A DNA stretch of 50,629 nucleotides, from the NCBI GenBank assembly GCA_003427395.1, contig BFEA01000009.1, forward strand, positions 2,601,186 through 2,651,814, written 5' to 3'. This stretch comes from Chara braunii (lineage: Eukaryota > Plantae > Charophyceae). This document shows, piece after piece, positions 22,921 to 35,214 of the stretch. Numbering within the stretch: the stretch's first letter is position 1; each line of letters starts with the position of its first letter. The position numbers and the translations under genes were made by a program. The notes beneath the pieces are model-generated. The model saw only the letters and a list, made by a program, of their open reading frames with translations, did no database searches and was not told the origin of the DNA.

Positions 22921-24478
22921 GACACGCCTATATAGAACACATGAAATCAACTCTTTTAGCCCCCTTTTGTTTTTCTTTTTTTTTTGCTAGTCCGTCGGTA
23001 AACGGATACGATTTGTTTATTTATTTATTTTTTTCATTTTTTTTATTTTATTTTTTTCTCAATTGTTTTTTTTGCCTCAATATTTTTTTTACTCATCCTC
23101 GATTCTCACGATCTTTACTCTTCTCGCCGTGGACGAAGCCGCGGCGGGTCCACTTGTTTTTTATAAAGCAAGATAAATAATAGACAAGTTTGGCAAATCC
23201 ATTTACTTGTGAAATTATTATTACACCTGCTGCAAAGCCTTATGTACTGCTTATGATTAAGAAAGAGACGTATTTCAAAAATAAGAATTGCAAAAGGATG
23301 AGGTAGTGAAAAAAAAAAAACATAAGACCATAAGTCCTTTTGCTTTTACCGACAAAACATATCGCAGAACAGATGAAATTACATGTGATTGAAAAGGCAC
23401 CTCGAACGATCAGCGTAATTCTCATTTTTTGTTATACCCTAGCCCAAAGAACCAACCTATCATTGCTGAAATTACTATAATACAAAATTCAACGAGGGCC
23501 ATTGCGGTAAAGAACAAGCCAACAATCAAGAGTCGAGATCCTTGCATGATCTTTCTTGAGAAGCTTAGCCCTCATTTTCTGCCACCAAGTTTTCATATTC
23601 CAACTGAATAACGAACGCGGGCGAAAGCAAATGAGTTTCCGAAATTCCCAAGGCCACATGATACCCGATATTTCACTGGACTCCACTGACACTGATAATT
23701 GGTCGACCATGAGTTCAATACGTAATTCAGTGCCAACCTCACGTGGTGTTGGGCGACTTTTTAAGCAAGTTGGCTTCATTTCCACACAAAGACGAGGGGA
23801 CTCTGCATAAATCTCAATAGGCAATATATGTCAATCCAACTACCAAGTGCGCGCAAGGAAATTTCCCAGATTATCACATAATGTCATGTCGAACGTTCAT
23901 CAACCCTTCGGTCGTCATCCTCAAAGGTAAGCAAAAAACTGCTACCCTATCATTTCCTATTCGTGACCATATGCCCCCAAGTGTATGACTATGCCCGCAT
24001 CATGCACGCTGCCTACTCGTTCCATTGGTAGCATCCTGCAGATCATTATTAGTAGCAAGGCTATGGCACAAAGAGCATAGACTAGAGAAGCAACGCAGAG
24101 GGAGAGGATTAATACATGGGGCGCTGAAGAGTGGGGGGATGGAACTCAAGGATAACCAGGAGCGGGGCACAACTGCACAGGAGTAGAAGCATGGGAAGAC
24201 TCGAGAATAGTGAAGATAGCCATAGCACAAAGGATAGTTATTAAGACGACCCTTAAGAGGATAACGCCACGATACATCCATTTAAAGATATCCATGGTGG
24301 TCAAGTCGAAGGAACGCCTTTACGCAGAACACCTCCGCTGAATCAACTGCACATCAGTCACATTGAAATGAGGAGGAACCCTGCAGCAACAGATGAAGGG
24401 GTGGTGAGAGATATCAACGGTCAACACAAATGCCATGTACACTAGAAATAACGCAAATAAGGCACATTTGCCCCCTAC

Positions 24479-25738
24479 TTCGGCTGGCGGTTTGGCAGTT
24501 TGCCTTACCTGGGCTCTTAGGCCTGGTATCGATTCTCGATATGAGCGACTTAGGTTGTCTGGGTTTTGGAGGGTACTCTTGCCTTTTGGGTGGCCTTTTT
24601 GGACCCACCCACCACACAGGTGTATTCTTCGCAGCTTCTTTCGGAACCTTTCCGGTTACACGGTCCTTTTACGAGATGAGGTTGTGCGCTTGGTGGCGAC
24701 GCATTTTCTACCGCCGCCTGGTCACTTTGATCCCTCTGACCTCTAGTCTTCTGACAATGACGGTTCTGAGGGTTTTTTTTCTTCCAGTTTTGCTATATCT
24801 AGGCAGGGTGCGTCGATGATGTCCTCTCACTTTGCATCTGTAGCGCCGACGCGCCGATGTGCGACTCTGGGTTGCATACTCCGAGTTGCTTTTGAAGCCT
24901 TTTGGGCCAAACAGTTTGAGGGACACCTATGGTGGTCAACCTCGAGCTGCTCTTCGTGTTATGACGGGCGGACTCCTACTCACCTTCGGGGGTCGCTACC
25001 GCGCTCTGGGGCATCTTTTCTGCATTTGGTTCTTCGCACTCTTCGCCTGTGACGAACTGTTTTTTGAAAGGGTGTCTATGCTCGATCGTCGGGGATTCAT
25101 CTCGACGAAGTACCTCCTTCGGCATTCATGGCGAGTTCCTCGGGCGCCTTCGGAAGATGCGGATCGCCGAGAACCTTTCCTTGTGTGTCCTTTGTTTGTT
25201 CTCCTGTGTGTTTGTCTTGTGTGATGGGCTGTTTTTGCAGGAATTTCGATGCGTTTTCTCTCCAGATGCCGCCTCATCTTTTCTTTGATTACAGCAGGAT
25301 GGGTCGTGCTGATCATCCCAGGGTTGGCTCTTTTTTTTTGTTTTCGTGTGTTGATACATCGAAGGGGACTTCGACATAGTTTCTCCTCTTAGGGATCGAT
25401 TTGGTCGGGATAGGCTAGGCTATTTAAGGAGGCAAGGCTATTGGTATTGGCCTCCTAAGTTGAACCGTGGTTCGGGTGGATCAGGTTTCCTCCTGGTGAC
25501 GGTACTGGCGGGGTAGCAGAAACGCGTTGAGGGATGACCGCTTTGGTTTAAGGATAGATATGGTGGATTTGCGTTTGAGTATAAGCCTTAATTGATGCTT
25601 TCCTTTCGGGTTTTTGTTCCTTCTGTATACTTGGACTATGTTCAATTTATTGCGTGCGATCAGGATTGTCTTATTTTTTTAGTGTATTCTTCTATCCTGA
25701 CTCATGCGAGAGACTGTTGGTCGGCAGTTCTTCTTCTT
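24479..25738 (+). repeat. PLE 5' pseudo-LTR
   Basis: Direct repeat of 29834-31099 (offset ~5355), from TTCGGCTGGCGGTTTGGC to GGCAGTTCTTCTTCTT. Confidence 0.9.
25487..25534 (+). ncRNA. Minimal type I hammerhead ribozyme (core mutated, CTGGTGA)
   Basis: Stem I TTCCTC/GAGGGA; CTGGTGA; stem II; GAAA; palindromic stem III AACGCGTT. Confidence 0.7.
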
Positions 25739-26137
25739 TGATTAACATGGTATCCGTGAATGCGGTTGCACATTGGTTGGTGGCCACGCCTACGCTTTGA
25801 TGGTGGTTTGCCGTTTCGTTGGGTGGACATTTGGTGGGCTCTCATTCTCTTTTGGTATTTGTACTGCCCGATTAGTTGTACGTCGGATCGGTTTGGTGTT
25901 CCTCGACGCTCGCCTTCTCCTCTTTCGCCTTGGGTTTGGGCGTTCTTTCTCATTTTTTTTTTTGGTTTGTTGCTTTTAATATGATGTGGTTGCTTCTGCG
26001 GTGTGCTTTGCTTATCGAGGATCACCTCATTCAAATTGTGGTAACTGTAGACGATGAGACAGGTCGGTATGGGATTTTCGTTAGGCACGATTATGACCCT
26101 TTTGTTTTGAATCTCTCACTTCGTGTTCGATCTCAAC

Positions 26138-27018
26138 ATGGTTGGGAATGGCCTGAAGTGCTTTTCCTGCGGAGGTGATGGTCACTTTGCTCGCGAATAT
26201 CCGACTAACCGAAACAATCCCTGCGCGAATGCTGGTTGTCCAGGGACCCCTACTCCGGTTACGCCTCGTTTCTGGACTCCGCGACGGAACCTTGAGGGAT
26301 TTGAAGAGGAGTTCCTCCGTACTTTGCTTTAGGAGCGTAAGCAACAAGAATCTCTTAAGAAAAAGATGGAGGATCGTCAGCGTGTTCAGGAGCAGCTGAA
26401 GGCTGAGATGGCCCAGCACGCAGAAGTCACTAAGGCTGAACTCTTGGCTTTGCTCGGACGACAGTTCATTGCCAATTGCGATGAGGCTAGGCGGGAGGAG
26501 GCTCGGTTGTTGTGCACGCCTCTGCCAGCTAGAAGGAGGGATGCGAGGGACGACGAACTTGGTAGAGGTTGACGATATCGATGATGAGATTCGACGTTTA
26601 TACACACTCCATGAGAAACGGAGGCGGGGGAAGACGCCTTTGGCGGAAGTGGCTGCTTTCCGACGACCTACGTTCGATATGGACGGCTCTGTTGATGACA
26701 ATGCACGCACTCGCGCTGAATGCTCCAGGCAAGCGAACGAAAGGAGGAAGAAGGTGCCGGCAGGAGGAGGACCCGATGGGATTCTTCACTTTATTCTCAA
26801 CCAGCGCAGGACCTTGGAAGTTGGAAGGCCTCCGACAGGATCAACTGAAGAAGATTTGCGCTACTGAAGGAGTGCACTATTGTACTAAAGGACCTTCGAT
26901 TGATCGAATTATTGCCGCTCGAACAATTTTGGCTTATGAAGGCTTCATCCTCATCCCGACTCAAGCTGCTGCTTCTCCTCCGCATTCCCCTGAGAATGTT
27001 GAGTCCAATCCTGCGTGA
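26138..27018 (+). pseudogene. PLE upstream ORF remnant: CCHC zinc knuckle, coiled coil, SAP-like domain
   Basis: MVGNGLKCFSCGGDGHFAREYP (last Cys lost). In-frame TAG at 26330 and frameshifts. LEGLRQDQLKKICATEGVHYCTKGPSIDRIIAAR resembles a SAP motif. Confidence 0.6.
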
Positions 27019-27099
27019 CAAGCACGCTTCTCCAAGTTCCATCTATGGAGGAACCTGCTTGATGTCATGAGGAAATAGACTAATGCTTTTATTTTTGGC

Positions 27100-27519
27100 T
27101 TGCCTTTTAGGATTCGATTGCTTTATGACAAATGTTGCACTCTTTGCTTTGTTGCCTTGGTGCTATTGGGGGAAATTACTTGGTGTCGTAAGTTTGAAGG
27201 ACTTCTCAGTTCTCTTGATTGGCTTTCCTGGGATAAGGGTCCGGTTGTCTATCTTCTTGCTTCTCCTTGGTGTCGTGCACAATATGTTGGTGGTACGATC
27301 TGTGGTTTGTATGTTCGATGGGGTGAGCATGTCCAGACCTCTTTCTCTGGGGGCCTTGGGGTCTGTCCTCGCCTCTACAAATGGTTGAGGAGATTTGGTG
27401 TTTGGAAGTATGTGGCTGTGCCATTGGTAAACGGGCTCTCTTCGATTGATCGTGTGGAACGTGCAGTCATTCAATTTTTTTATTCTTCGCTTAACTCGGA
27501 GGCTTTCACGACAGCGTAG
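27100..27519 (+). pseudogene. GIY-YIG endonuclease domain of the PLE
   Basis: VVYLLASPWCRAQYVGGT...RWGEH...LYKWLRRFG...VERAVIQ...LN gives the GIY, YIG, Arg, Glu and Asn landmarks in the expected order. Confidence 0.8.
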
Positions 27520-27947
27520 GGTGGTGCGGGTAGCGCAAGTCCCTTGTGTCCTAGGCTTTATCAAATTCCGTATGGATGGTGGGCCCTGGACGGATAGTCT
27601 GGTGAACTTGTTACGAGAAGCCTATGTCAGCGGTGATCGGTACGTAACGGTGCACGTCACACCTGGTAGAAGTTGGGCGGATAGGTGGTCGATCGTGAGA
27701 CGGGTCTTTGGCACCTCTCCCGTTTCTTTGTTAACTCATCGGTCGTCACTTCGCGATTCACACCGCTGCTTTGAATCTGGAGGGGATTTCCTTATTGGTC
27801 CATTGATGATCACGCCTAGTTCACAAAGGGGAGCTCCGTCTTCTGCTTCAACAACCTTGGCGGGGAAGGGGTCTGGGTAAGAGGTTCCTTGATGGACTGG
27901 TCCGCTGGTTTAAGGCGGCAAGAACCTTTTCTGGGAAGGATACCCGA

Positions 27948-29830
27948 ATGACCCTCAAAGCGATCATTGCCCTTGCGATCAAGAGGAGGATTGGGTTCGA
28001 TATCCGTAGGAAGGTTGTTGTGTGCGCGGTTTTAGACCATAGATTGCAATCTAACTCGGTTTTGGCCATGGTGGTTCGGAGCATTAACGAATCGGCCTTT
28101 CCCTTGTCTATTCGTGAGCTCGTTAAGCGGCGAGTACGTTTTGTCTGGAAAAAGAACAAAAAGGTAGGAGATTTAATTTGGACCCAAAATCGATTTGTAC
28201 GGGGGGATTTTCCCATGGTATGTGCTTGCGAAGGAGAGATGTTTGGAAAAGGCATGGATTGCATGTTATGACTCGGATCGAAGATATCCCTTCTCTACCT
28301 GATCTACTGAGGAACTCTCAGAATATTCCGCTTTCCGATGGAAGGTTGGGCGTTAGGAACCTGGGGAAGGAGTTGGTGGCAGTGTGCAGGCTACTTAGGT
28401 CGGCTTTTGTGATTGATCCTCTTCAACTGCGAGAATGTTGGTCGGACGCAGGATTGAAACAGCCTTCGATGAAATCTCTGACGAATGATTGGATCGAGAG
28501 ACTGAGGAAGTTTGTGTGTGTCCCGATTGATCGGAATGCTGCTGACACCCTGATTATCTGTGCTGAATTGTATCGACATTTCTTGCATCTCACTTTTGAT
28601 TTTAGCCCCTCCTTTCGGCCGGCTGAAGCATCTCAGGACGAGATCCTGGTAAAAATGGAGGGGCGCTTCCGTTCCTGTAGGCTGGAACAACTGGGGAAAT
28701 GGGACCCTAAGGGGTATTTTGGCCATGCTTATGTTTTGTCTAAACATAAGGACCTCCTTAGGTGACGTCCCATATCACCTACATTTTTGGAACCTACAAG
28801 ATTGGCCTCGTCCAGGGTTGCTAAGGCTCTCAATTGCCTGCTCTTCGCGCTGGCCACTAGGTCTAACTTTAATCTCAAGTTCGTCGATAGGTTTACTGAC
28901 GGGATTCGTAAGATGAATGCTGCATTGAATAGGCTTTCGGGGGGTTTTGATGTGCTTTCTGCCTCATTTGACGTCAAAGATATGTTTGTTTCGCTGCCTC
29001 AGAGCGATATTCGTAATGTTGTGTCTTGGTTGTTGTCCTTGTTTCGGCTAAAGGACTATCGAGGGGTTAATATAGCCCGACAGGGTAAGGCTGCCTTTTT
29101 ATCCTTTGGCTCACGTCGACCCGATTGTATTCTGGTGACCTTGCAATCTATCGAAGATATGGTAGGTACTGATTTGGACTTCACGTATATCTGGTCTGAG
29201 CAGAGACTCCTGAGGCAGGTCGTTGGGGTACCTATGGGAAAATCCACTAGTTGCTCCTTGGCCAGCATCCTGTGTGCTTATGCGGAGAACCGCTTTCTTC
29301 TATCACTTGAGGTAACCGACGGTTGGTTTTTTGGCTTTAGGATTGTCGATGATGTTACCATTTTCGTTGCGGTTTTGGGAAGAGATGGTCGCTGTCGTGC
29401 TAGTCGTATCCTGTCTTCTTTTGGATCCTGCTACAGTGACCGCCTTCGGCTTGAGAAGACTGATGGCGGTTTGGAGTCCTGGGTTTTTGCGGGGGTTTTG
29501 GTTGAGCGAGAGGGGCTTACCATTCGAACCTCAGCTATTGTTAAGAACGCGGATAGCCTCTGGCGGCTAAGACGGTTAACCTTTGGGTCTTTTCAAGATT
29601 TTGATTCATATTCCTCTAAACACACCAAGGTTGGCGCTATCACTAGTACTCTGTGTCGAGTTTTTCGGCTATCTTCGGACAGGTTCGGCAGGATGACTGC
29701 TTTCCTTGCCGTTCGACTGGAACTGATGCTGCGTAACTACCGGATGAAGCTGATTACACGGGCTTTCTCATGTTTCGCAGAGAAGTCCGGTTCGGTGGAA
29801 GCCTCTATTATGGCGCGTATGACGTCATGA
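27948..29830 (+). pseudogene. PLE reverse transcriptase (frameshift near 28260, in-frame TGA at 28763)
   Basis: VPIDRNAA (PLE DK-like motif), AYVLSKHKD..RPI, SFDVKDMFVSLP, QVVGVPMGKSTSCSLA, FRIVDD, and thumb FDSYSSKHTKVGAITSTLCRVFRLSS. Confidence 0.9.
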
Positions 29831-29833
29831 GGT

Positions 29834-31099
29834 TTCGACTGGCGGTTTGGCAGTTTGCCTTACCTGGGCTCTTAGGCCTGGTATCGATTCTTGATATGGG
29901 ACGCTTAGATTGTCCGGTTTTTGGAGGGTACTCTTGCCTTTTGGGTGGCCTTTTTGGACCCACCTACTACACAGGTGTATTCTTTGCAGCTTCTTTCGGA
30001 ACCTTTTCGGTTACGCGGTCCTTTTACGAAATGAGGTTGTGCGCTTGGTGGCGGCACATTTTCTACGGCCGCCTGGTCGCTTTGATCCCTCTGACCTCTG
30101 GTCTTCTGACGATGACGGTTCTGAGGGTTTTTTTCCTTCCGGTTTTGCTATATCTAGGCAGGGTGCGTTGATGATGTCCTCTCACTTTGCATCTTTAGCG
30201 CTGACACGCCGATCTGCGACTCTGGGTTGCATACTCTGAGTTGCTTTTGAAGACTTCTGGGGGTGAACAGTTTGAGGGGCACCTATGGTGGTCACTCGCG
30301 AGCTGCTCTTCGTGTTATGACGGGCGGACTCCTACTCACCTTCGGGGGTCACTACCGCGCTCTGGGCATCTTTTCTGCATTCGGTTCTTCGCAGTCTCCG
30401 CCTGCGACGAACTGTTTTTTGAAGGGGTGTCTATGCTCGATCGTCGGGGATTCATCTCGACGAAGTACCTCCTTCGGCATTCATGGCGAGTTCTTCCGGC
30501 ACCTTCGGAAGATGCTGATCGCCGAGAACCTTTCCTTATGTGTCCTTTGCTTGTTCTCTTGTGTGTTTGTCTTGTGTGATTGGCTGTTTTTGCAGGAATT
30601 TCGACACGTCTTCTCTCCAGATGCCGCCTCATTTTTTCTTTGATTACGGCAGGATGGGTCGTGCTGATCATCCCGGGGTTGGCTCTTCTTTTTGGTTTTT
30701 CTGTGTTGCTACATGGAAGGGGACTTTGGCATGGTTTTTCCTCTTAGGGATCGATTTGGTCGGGATAGGCCAGGCTATTTAAGGAGGCAAGGCTATTGGC
30801 ATTGGCCTCCTAAGTTGAACGGTGGTTCGGGTGGATCAGGTTTCCTCCTGATGACGCTACTAGCGGGGTAGCAGAAACGAGTTGAGGGATGACCGCTTTG
30901 GTTTAAGGATAGATATGGTGGATTTGGGTTTGGGTATAAGCCTTAATTCATGCTTTCCTTTCGGGCTTTTGTTCCTTCTGTGTACTTAGACTATGTTCAA
31001 TTTATTGTGTGTGATCAAGATTGTCTTATTTTGGTGTACTCTTCTATCCTGACTCATGCGAGAGACTGTTGGCCGGCAGTTCTTCTTCTTCTTCTTCTT
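29834..31099 (+). repeat. PLE 3' pseudo-LTR with (TTC)n tail
   Basis: Begins a few nt after the RT stop codon (29830). Direct repeat of 24479-25738. Confidence 0.9.
30842..30889 (+). ncRNA. Minimal type I hammerhead ribozyme
   Basis: TTCCTC-CTGATGA-C-GCTAC-tagcggg-GTAGC-A-GAAA-CGAGTT-GAGGGA: canonical CUGAUGA and GAAA cores, stems I and II, and a very short stem III. Confidence 0.82.
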
Positions 31100-32389
31100 C
31101 TACGATGCCGAGTTCGAAAAAATTTGACTCCATGTCTTGGGCAGCTATTAAGAGCATAACTCCTCAAAAGCTCCTACGCATGCTCAATCATGCAACCACA
31201 GCCCGAAAAGCACACAAAGATCATATACAAACAAGAGGTTAAGTAATATTATGGACCAAGGTGAGGAGGGGGGTAAGGCAGAAAGACATCCCAATTCGGT
31301 CAAGTGGCTCAATAATGCCGACACAACAAAGAAGGATTGAAGGGGGATGTTGATAGGCCAAAAGTGACACGCAGTATTCTCCAGCTAAGCAAAGTGGTCA
31401 CCACGGATGGAGGCAGCTGTGCACATCCGAGAACAGCGTTGTCATTGTCGCAGTGCTTTCTACTGAAGGGCAGAGGGGTATCAGTTCGTTGCTTCCGCAT
31501 AGCGTTTGAGGCCGCTCACGTCAACCATCCGAGTTAAATAGTAAAGATTACCTTCAGCTTTTCTCCCCGAAAAGTTCTGGACGGTCGTATCCTTGTTTCA
31601 CTCGGGAGTTAGGTACCATAGTACTCCAGGCCCGGGGATTATTTTTCGGCCTCAAAGGGTAGCACGTGATTCCGGGTATTCCAAACCCGTCTTTCGGATA
31701 ATCACCAGGTCCGACTCATACTTTTTGTGTGTGCGTGTGATTCTAGCAGTAGTGTTTGCAGTCTATAGGTCCATCTAAAAAAAGTTGTACAAAGTGGCCC
31801 AGCCTTCGTCCGGCAGGGGGGCCTGGCCGGTTGCGTCCGGCAGGGGGGCCCGACCGGTTGGGTCCCCCGGTTTGGCGCCAGGCGGGCCTAACACAATTTC
31901 GCGTGGGGGGGGGGGAGAGGCCTTTTTCGGCCAGTGGCAGCCTCCCCGGCCCCCAGGAGCACTTCGAAACTTTATGTTTCGATTTTCGGAGGAAGGTAAG
32001 GCGGCGGGTAGGCCTTCTTTGTAAGTTCTTCTTGTTTTTGGACTAAGGCAGGGGGAAGGGAATCTTCGGCTACTGATTCGAGCCCCCGATCTGCGAAGAT
32101 CGGTGGCTGCGATCAGCCGCCAACAAACGACCTCTTTCCCCCCCCCTGGTCGTCTACGACGCCGCGTTCGAATTCGAACGTGGCATTCCCCACTTCGTTG
32201 CCGTCACGAAGCCCGCCTGTTGTCGCTGTCATCTCGAAGCCCGCCTGTCTTGGCCGCTGCTCGCCGTCTCGAGGCCCGCCCGTCTTCGTCGAGCCGTCGT
32301 CGTCGCTCCCCGTCGAGCTGCCCCGTCGAGCAGCTCTCCCTGTCGTCGTCGCCCGTCAAGCTGCTGTCGCCATCGTGGTGAATCCGCGT

Positions 32390-32790
32390 CCACCTCCTTC
32401 CTCTTCTTCTTCTTCTTCTTCCTCTCCTCCTCCTCCTCCTACTTTCGTCTTTTTCTCCTTTCCTCCTCCACCTTTCCTCCTCTTCTTCTTCTCCTCCTCT
32501 TCCTCCTCCTCCTTTCATCTTCTTCTCTCCTCCTCTTCCTCCTCCTCATTTCATCTTCATCTCTCCTCCTCCTCCTCCTCCTCCTCCTTCTTTCGTCTTC
32601 TTCTCTCGTCCTGGTCCTCCTCCTCCTCCTCGTTTCGTCTTCTTCTATCGTCCTCGTCCTCCTCCTCCTCCTCCACCTTTACTCTTCTTCTCTCCTCCTC
32701 CTCCTCCGCCTCCTCCTTTCGTCTTCTTCTCTCCTCCTCCTCCTCCTCCCTTCGTCGTCCTCCCTCCTCCTCCTTTCTCCTCCTCCTCCC
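32390..32790. repeat. (CCT/CTT)n low-complexity tract
   Basis: Long pyrimidine-rich trinucleotide runs. Confidence 0.9.
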
Positions 32791-34408
32791 TATTTCATTG
32801 GTTTTCTTTAGTACTAGGCGAAGTGCCACATGGCAACAGTAGTGTGCTGGGAACTGCCACATATCNNNNNNNNNNNNNNNNNNNNNNNNNNNNNNNNNNN
32901 NNNNNNNNNNNNNNNNNNNNNNNNNNNNNNNNNNNNNNNNNNNNNNNNNNNNNNNNNNNNNNNNNNNNNNNNNNNNNNNNNNNNNNNNNNNNNNNNNNNN
33001 NNNNNNNNNNNNNNNNNNNNNNNNNNNNNNNNNNNNNNNNNNNNNNNNNNNNNNNNNNNNNNNNNNNNNNNNNNNNNNNNNNNNNGACATTATATTGTGT
33101 CCTCTTTCTAACGAATTCATTTGTGGCTGCAGCCTAAGCAACGTAGGCATGCCCATCCAGGGCTTAACCATATACAGAAGCGTGCTGAGATCCGCACTTG
33201 TGAAACTTTATAATTGAAATCCCAAATGCGGAAGCGTGTAGAGACCCACACATGTTAGGCACGCCACCCGCGAACCCTGTGCGGAAGTGTGTTGGGATCC
33301 TTACTTGTTGAACTTCAAAAACATGCTGGTGATCCTGTGGGGAAGTGTATTGGGATCCATACCACTCAAACTTCATAAACGAATAACGATTGGCACGCCA
33401 CACAGGGAACCCTGTGCCGAAGTGTGCCGGGATCCTTACTTGTCAAACTTCAATTTCATAAACGTGATGAAAGATATTATATTGTGACACTGTCCTCTTT
33501 CTTACGAATTCGTTTTTGACTGCAGTGTTTCCACATAGGCATGCCCATCCACTCGGCCCAAATGCGAAAGTTTGCTGACATCCATAGTTGTTGAACTTTG
33601 TAAGCAAAATTAGCAATGTAATCAAATTGAATTGGAGAGACTCAGTATAATTCTTTCGGTTATCCCAAAGTTACACACGCAGAATCATCGTCTTGCTGAA
33701 GACGGTTGTTTAGATATATGATGAGATCCGGACTTGTTTAGAAGACTTGTGACCCTGACAATGGGCGGGAGTGTGTCGAGATCCATACTTGTTAAACTCA
33801 AAACTTACGTATGTGATGAGCAAGGTGTCATAATCGAACCGTTGTTGGTTAACACATCAAATTTTCGTTTACCAGGTTATCCCTAATTTATGCAAGCACA
33901 CCCATCGTCTGACCCGAGACGATTGTTTGGATGTTGAAGAAATTCGGACTTCCGCATATAGGCACGGTCATCATCTCGCCCGACATGAGGGCATTGAGGA
34001 ACATACTTGTTTACAGTTGTGATGGACAAGGTGTATTTTAATAACCAATTTATTTCGATGTTCTATGTACAAGTGTAGAACTTTAAATTGTGCTCATTCA
34101 CGATGAATATCCGCACTTTAAATGGTAATGCAAAGAAGGTTTGGGCATCCACTAACCAATTTCACATAAGATGACATTTCTCATGCATCCACCAATCAGT
34201 TTCACAATCATGTTTACACTTCCAGTTGGACAGAGATCACAAAGCCCATACATGACGTAGGACAAGCCATAGACAACCCAAACTCGAAACGACAAAAGAA
34301 AACAATGTCTTTGGCAGAAGGACAGTTGAATAATGTCTCGATTTACAAAATTCAACGAACAATGAATGAAACACCTTAAGAAAAGAGTTTCCAAGTCAAT
34401 CAAATCCA

Positions 34409-35191
34409 TCAAAGACAACGATGTTCTAAGATACATGATGCGAATTGTCGTCTAAGAAGCGGAATATCTTTATAAGAGAACCGGAAAGGCGGTTGATCTC
34501 CACGTTGCAACAACGTCCCATACATCAATATGAACACCCCACAGCTTGCTCCAGCCACTTGTCTCGGAACTCCATCCACCACAACATTTCTCACTATCGA
34601 CTTCCAACTCCTACCCGACCGCCTATGTGATGTTTGACGTTCCAAATACTGCACAATCAACCCGAAAACACAAAGGTAAAAACTAGTATCAGCTACAACG
34701 CGAGGAAAATAATAAAAAATCTCGAGAACATCATCTCTCATGTTGACGAAAAGGAGGATCCAGTGATCATCATCTTTGCGGACAGGAACGAGGACAATAT
34801 CGTAACAAAACAAATCTACGTTTCTAGCCCACCTCCGCACCCCACCGTGTCCTTGAAGTCGCAGTTTACTGAAGAAGAACTAATTAAAGCTGAAGACTTG
34901 AAGGCCCGACGATATGTCATGTGACCCACATGCGGTTGACCCCAACAACGCCATATAGAAATTGACCAACTCATCATTCACCCTGCCGTCGACATGCAGT
35001 AGGGTGAGGAGATCTTTTGCTGCAATCCGAAATTGACCATCGCCCAGTATAGAGAGAACAGTGTGAGACGGCACCGAGCCTCGTACAATGTCGTCCAAAA
35101 CCCGCAAGCTCAGAGGCTCAATTGCTGCAGCGAAACTTTTCCCGCGTGTTGCACTTGAGGCCCGCACTGCACAACATTGAGCGAAGGACAC
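34409..35191 (-). pseudogene. Ulp1/SENP-like (peptidase C48) SUMO protease, transposon-type, disabled
   Basis: ORFs 34880-35191 and 34409-34840 share a frame: VNDELVNFYM, FN*FFFSKL, VRRWARNVDLF, VPV...DHWILL, VPRQ...SCGVF. In-frame TAG at 34880, and the catalytic Asp position reads YYFP. Confidence 0.88.
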
Positions 35192-35214
35192 GTGGGGTAG
35201 TGAGAAACGAAGTT

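Larger units (their letters stand above)
24479..31099 (+). mobile_element. Penelope-like retroelement (PLE) with N-terminal GIY-YIG endonuclease (Chlamys/Naiad-type architecture), decayed
   Basis: Two ~1.26 kb direct pseudo-LTRs with hammerheads flank zinc knuckle, SAP-like, GIY-YIG and PLE-type RT remnants. Ends in (TTC)n. CTAC flanks both sides (24475-24478 and 31100-31103). Confidence 0.88.

Noticed and set aside
21272-22950. Pro/Arg/Gly-rich ORFs, and likewise Ser/Glu-rich ORFs at 32180-33171
   Set aside because: Translations of low-complexity purine/pyrimidine tracts.
28763-28765. Selenocysteine UGA in the PLE RT, as in Naiad elements
   Set aside because: The element has other stops and frameshifts and I could not identify a SECIS. 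A point mutation such as TGG to TGA is simpler.
24479-31099. True LTR retrotransposon or DIRS element
   Set aside because: No TG...CA termini, PBS, protease, RNase H, integrase or tyrosine recombinase. The RT motifs, GIY-YIG and hammerheads indicate a PLE.
32839-32844. CACTA terminus (GTAGTG), also CACTA at ~49831
   Set aside because: No extended TIR match or 3-bp TSD could be established, and the orientations do not enclose the region.
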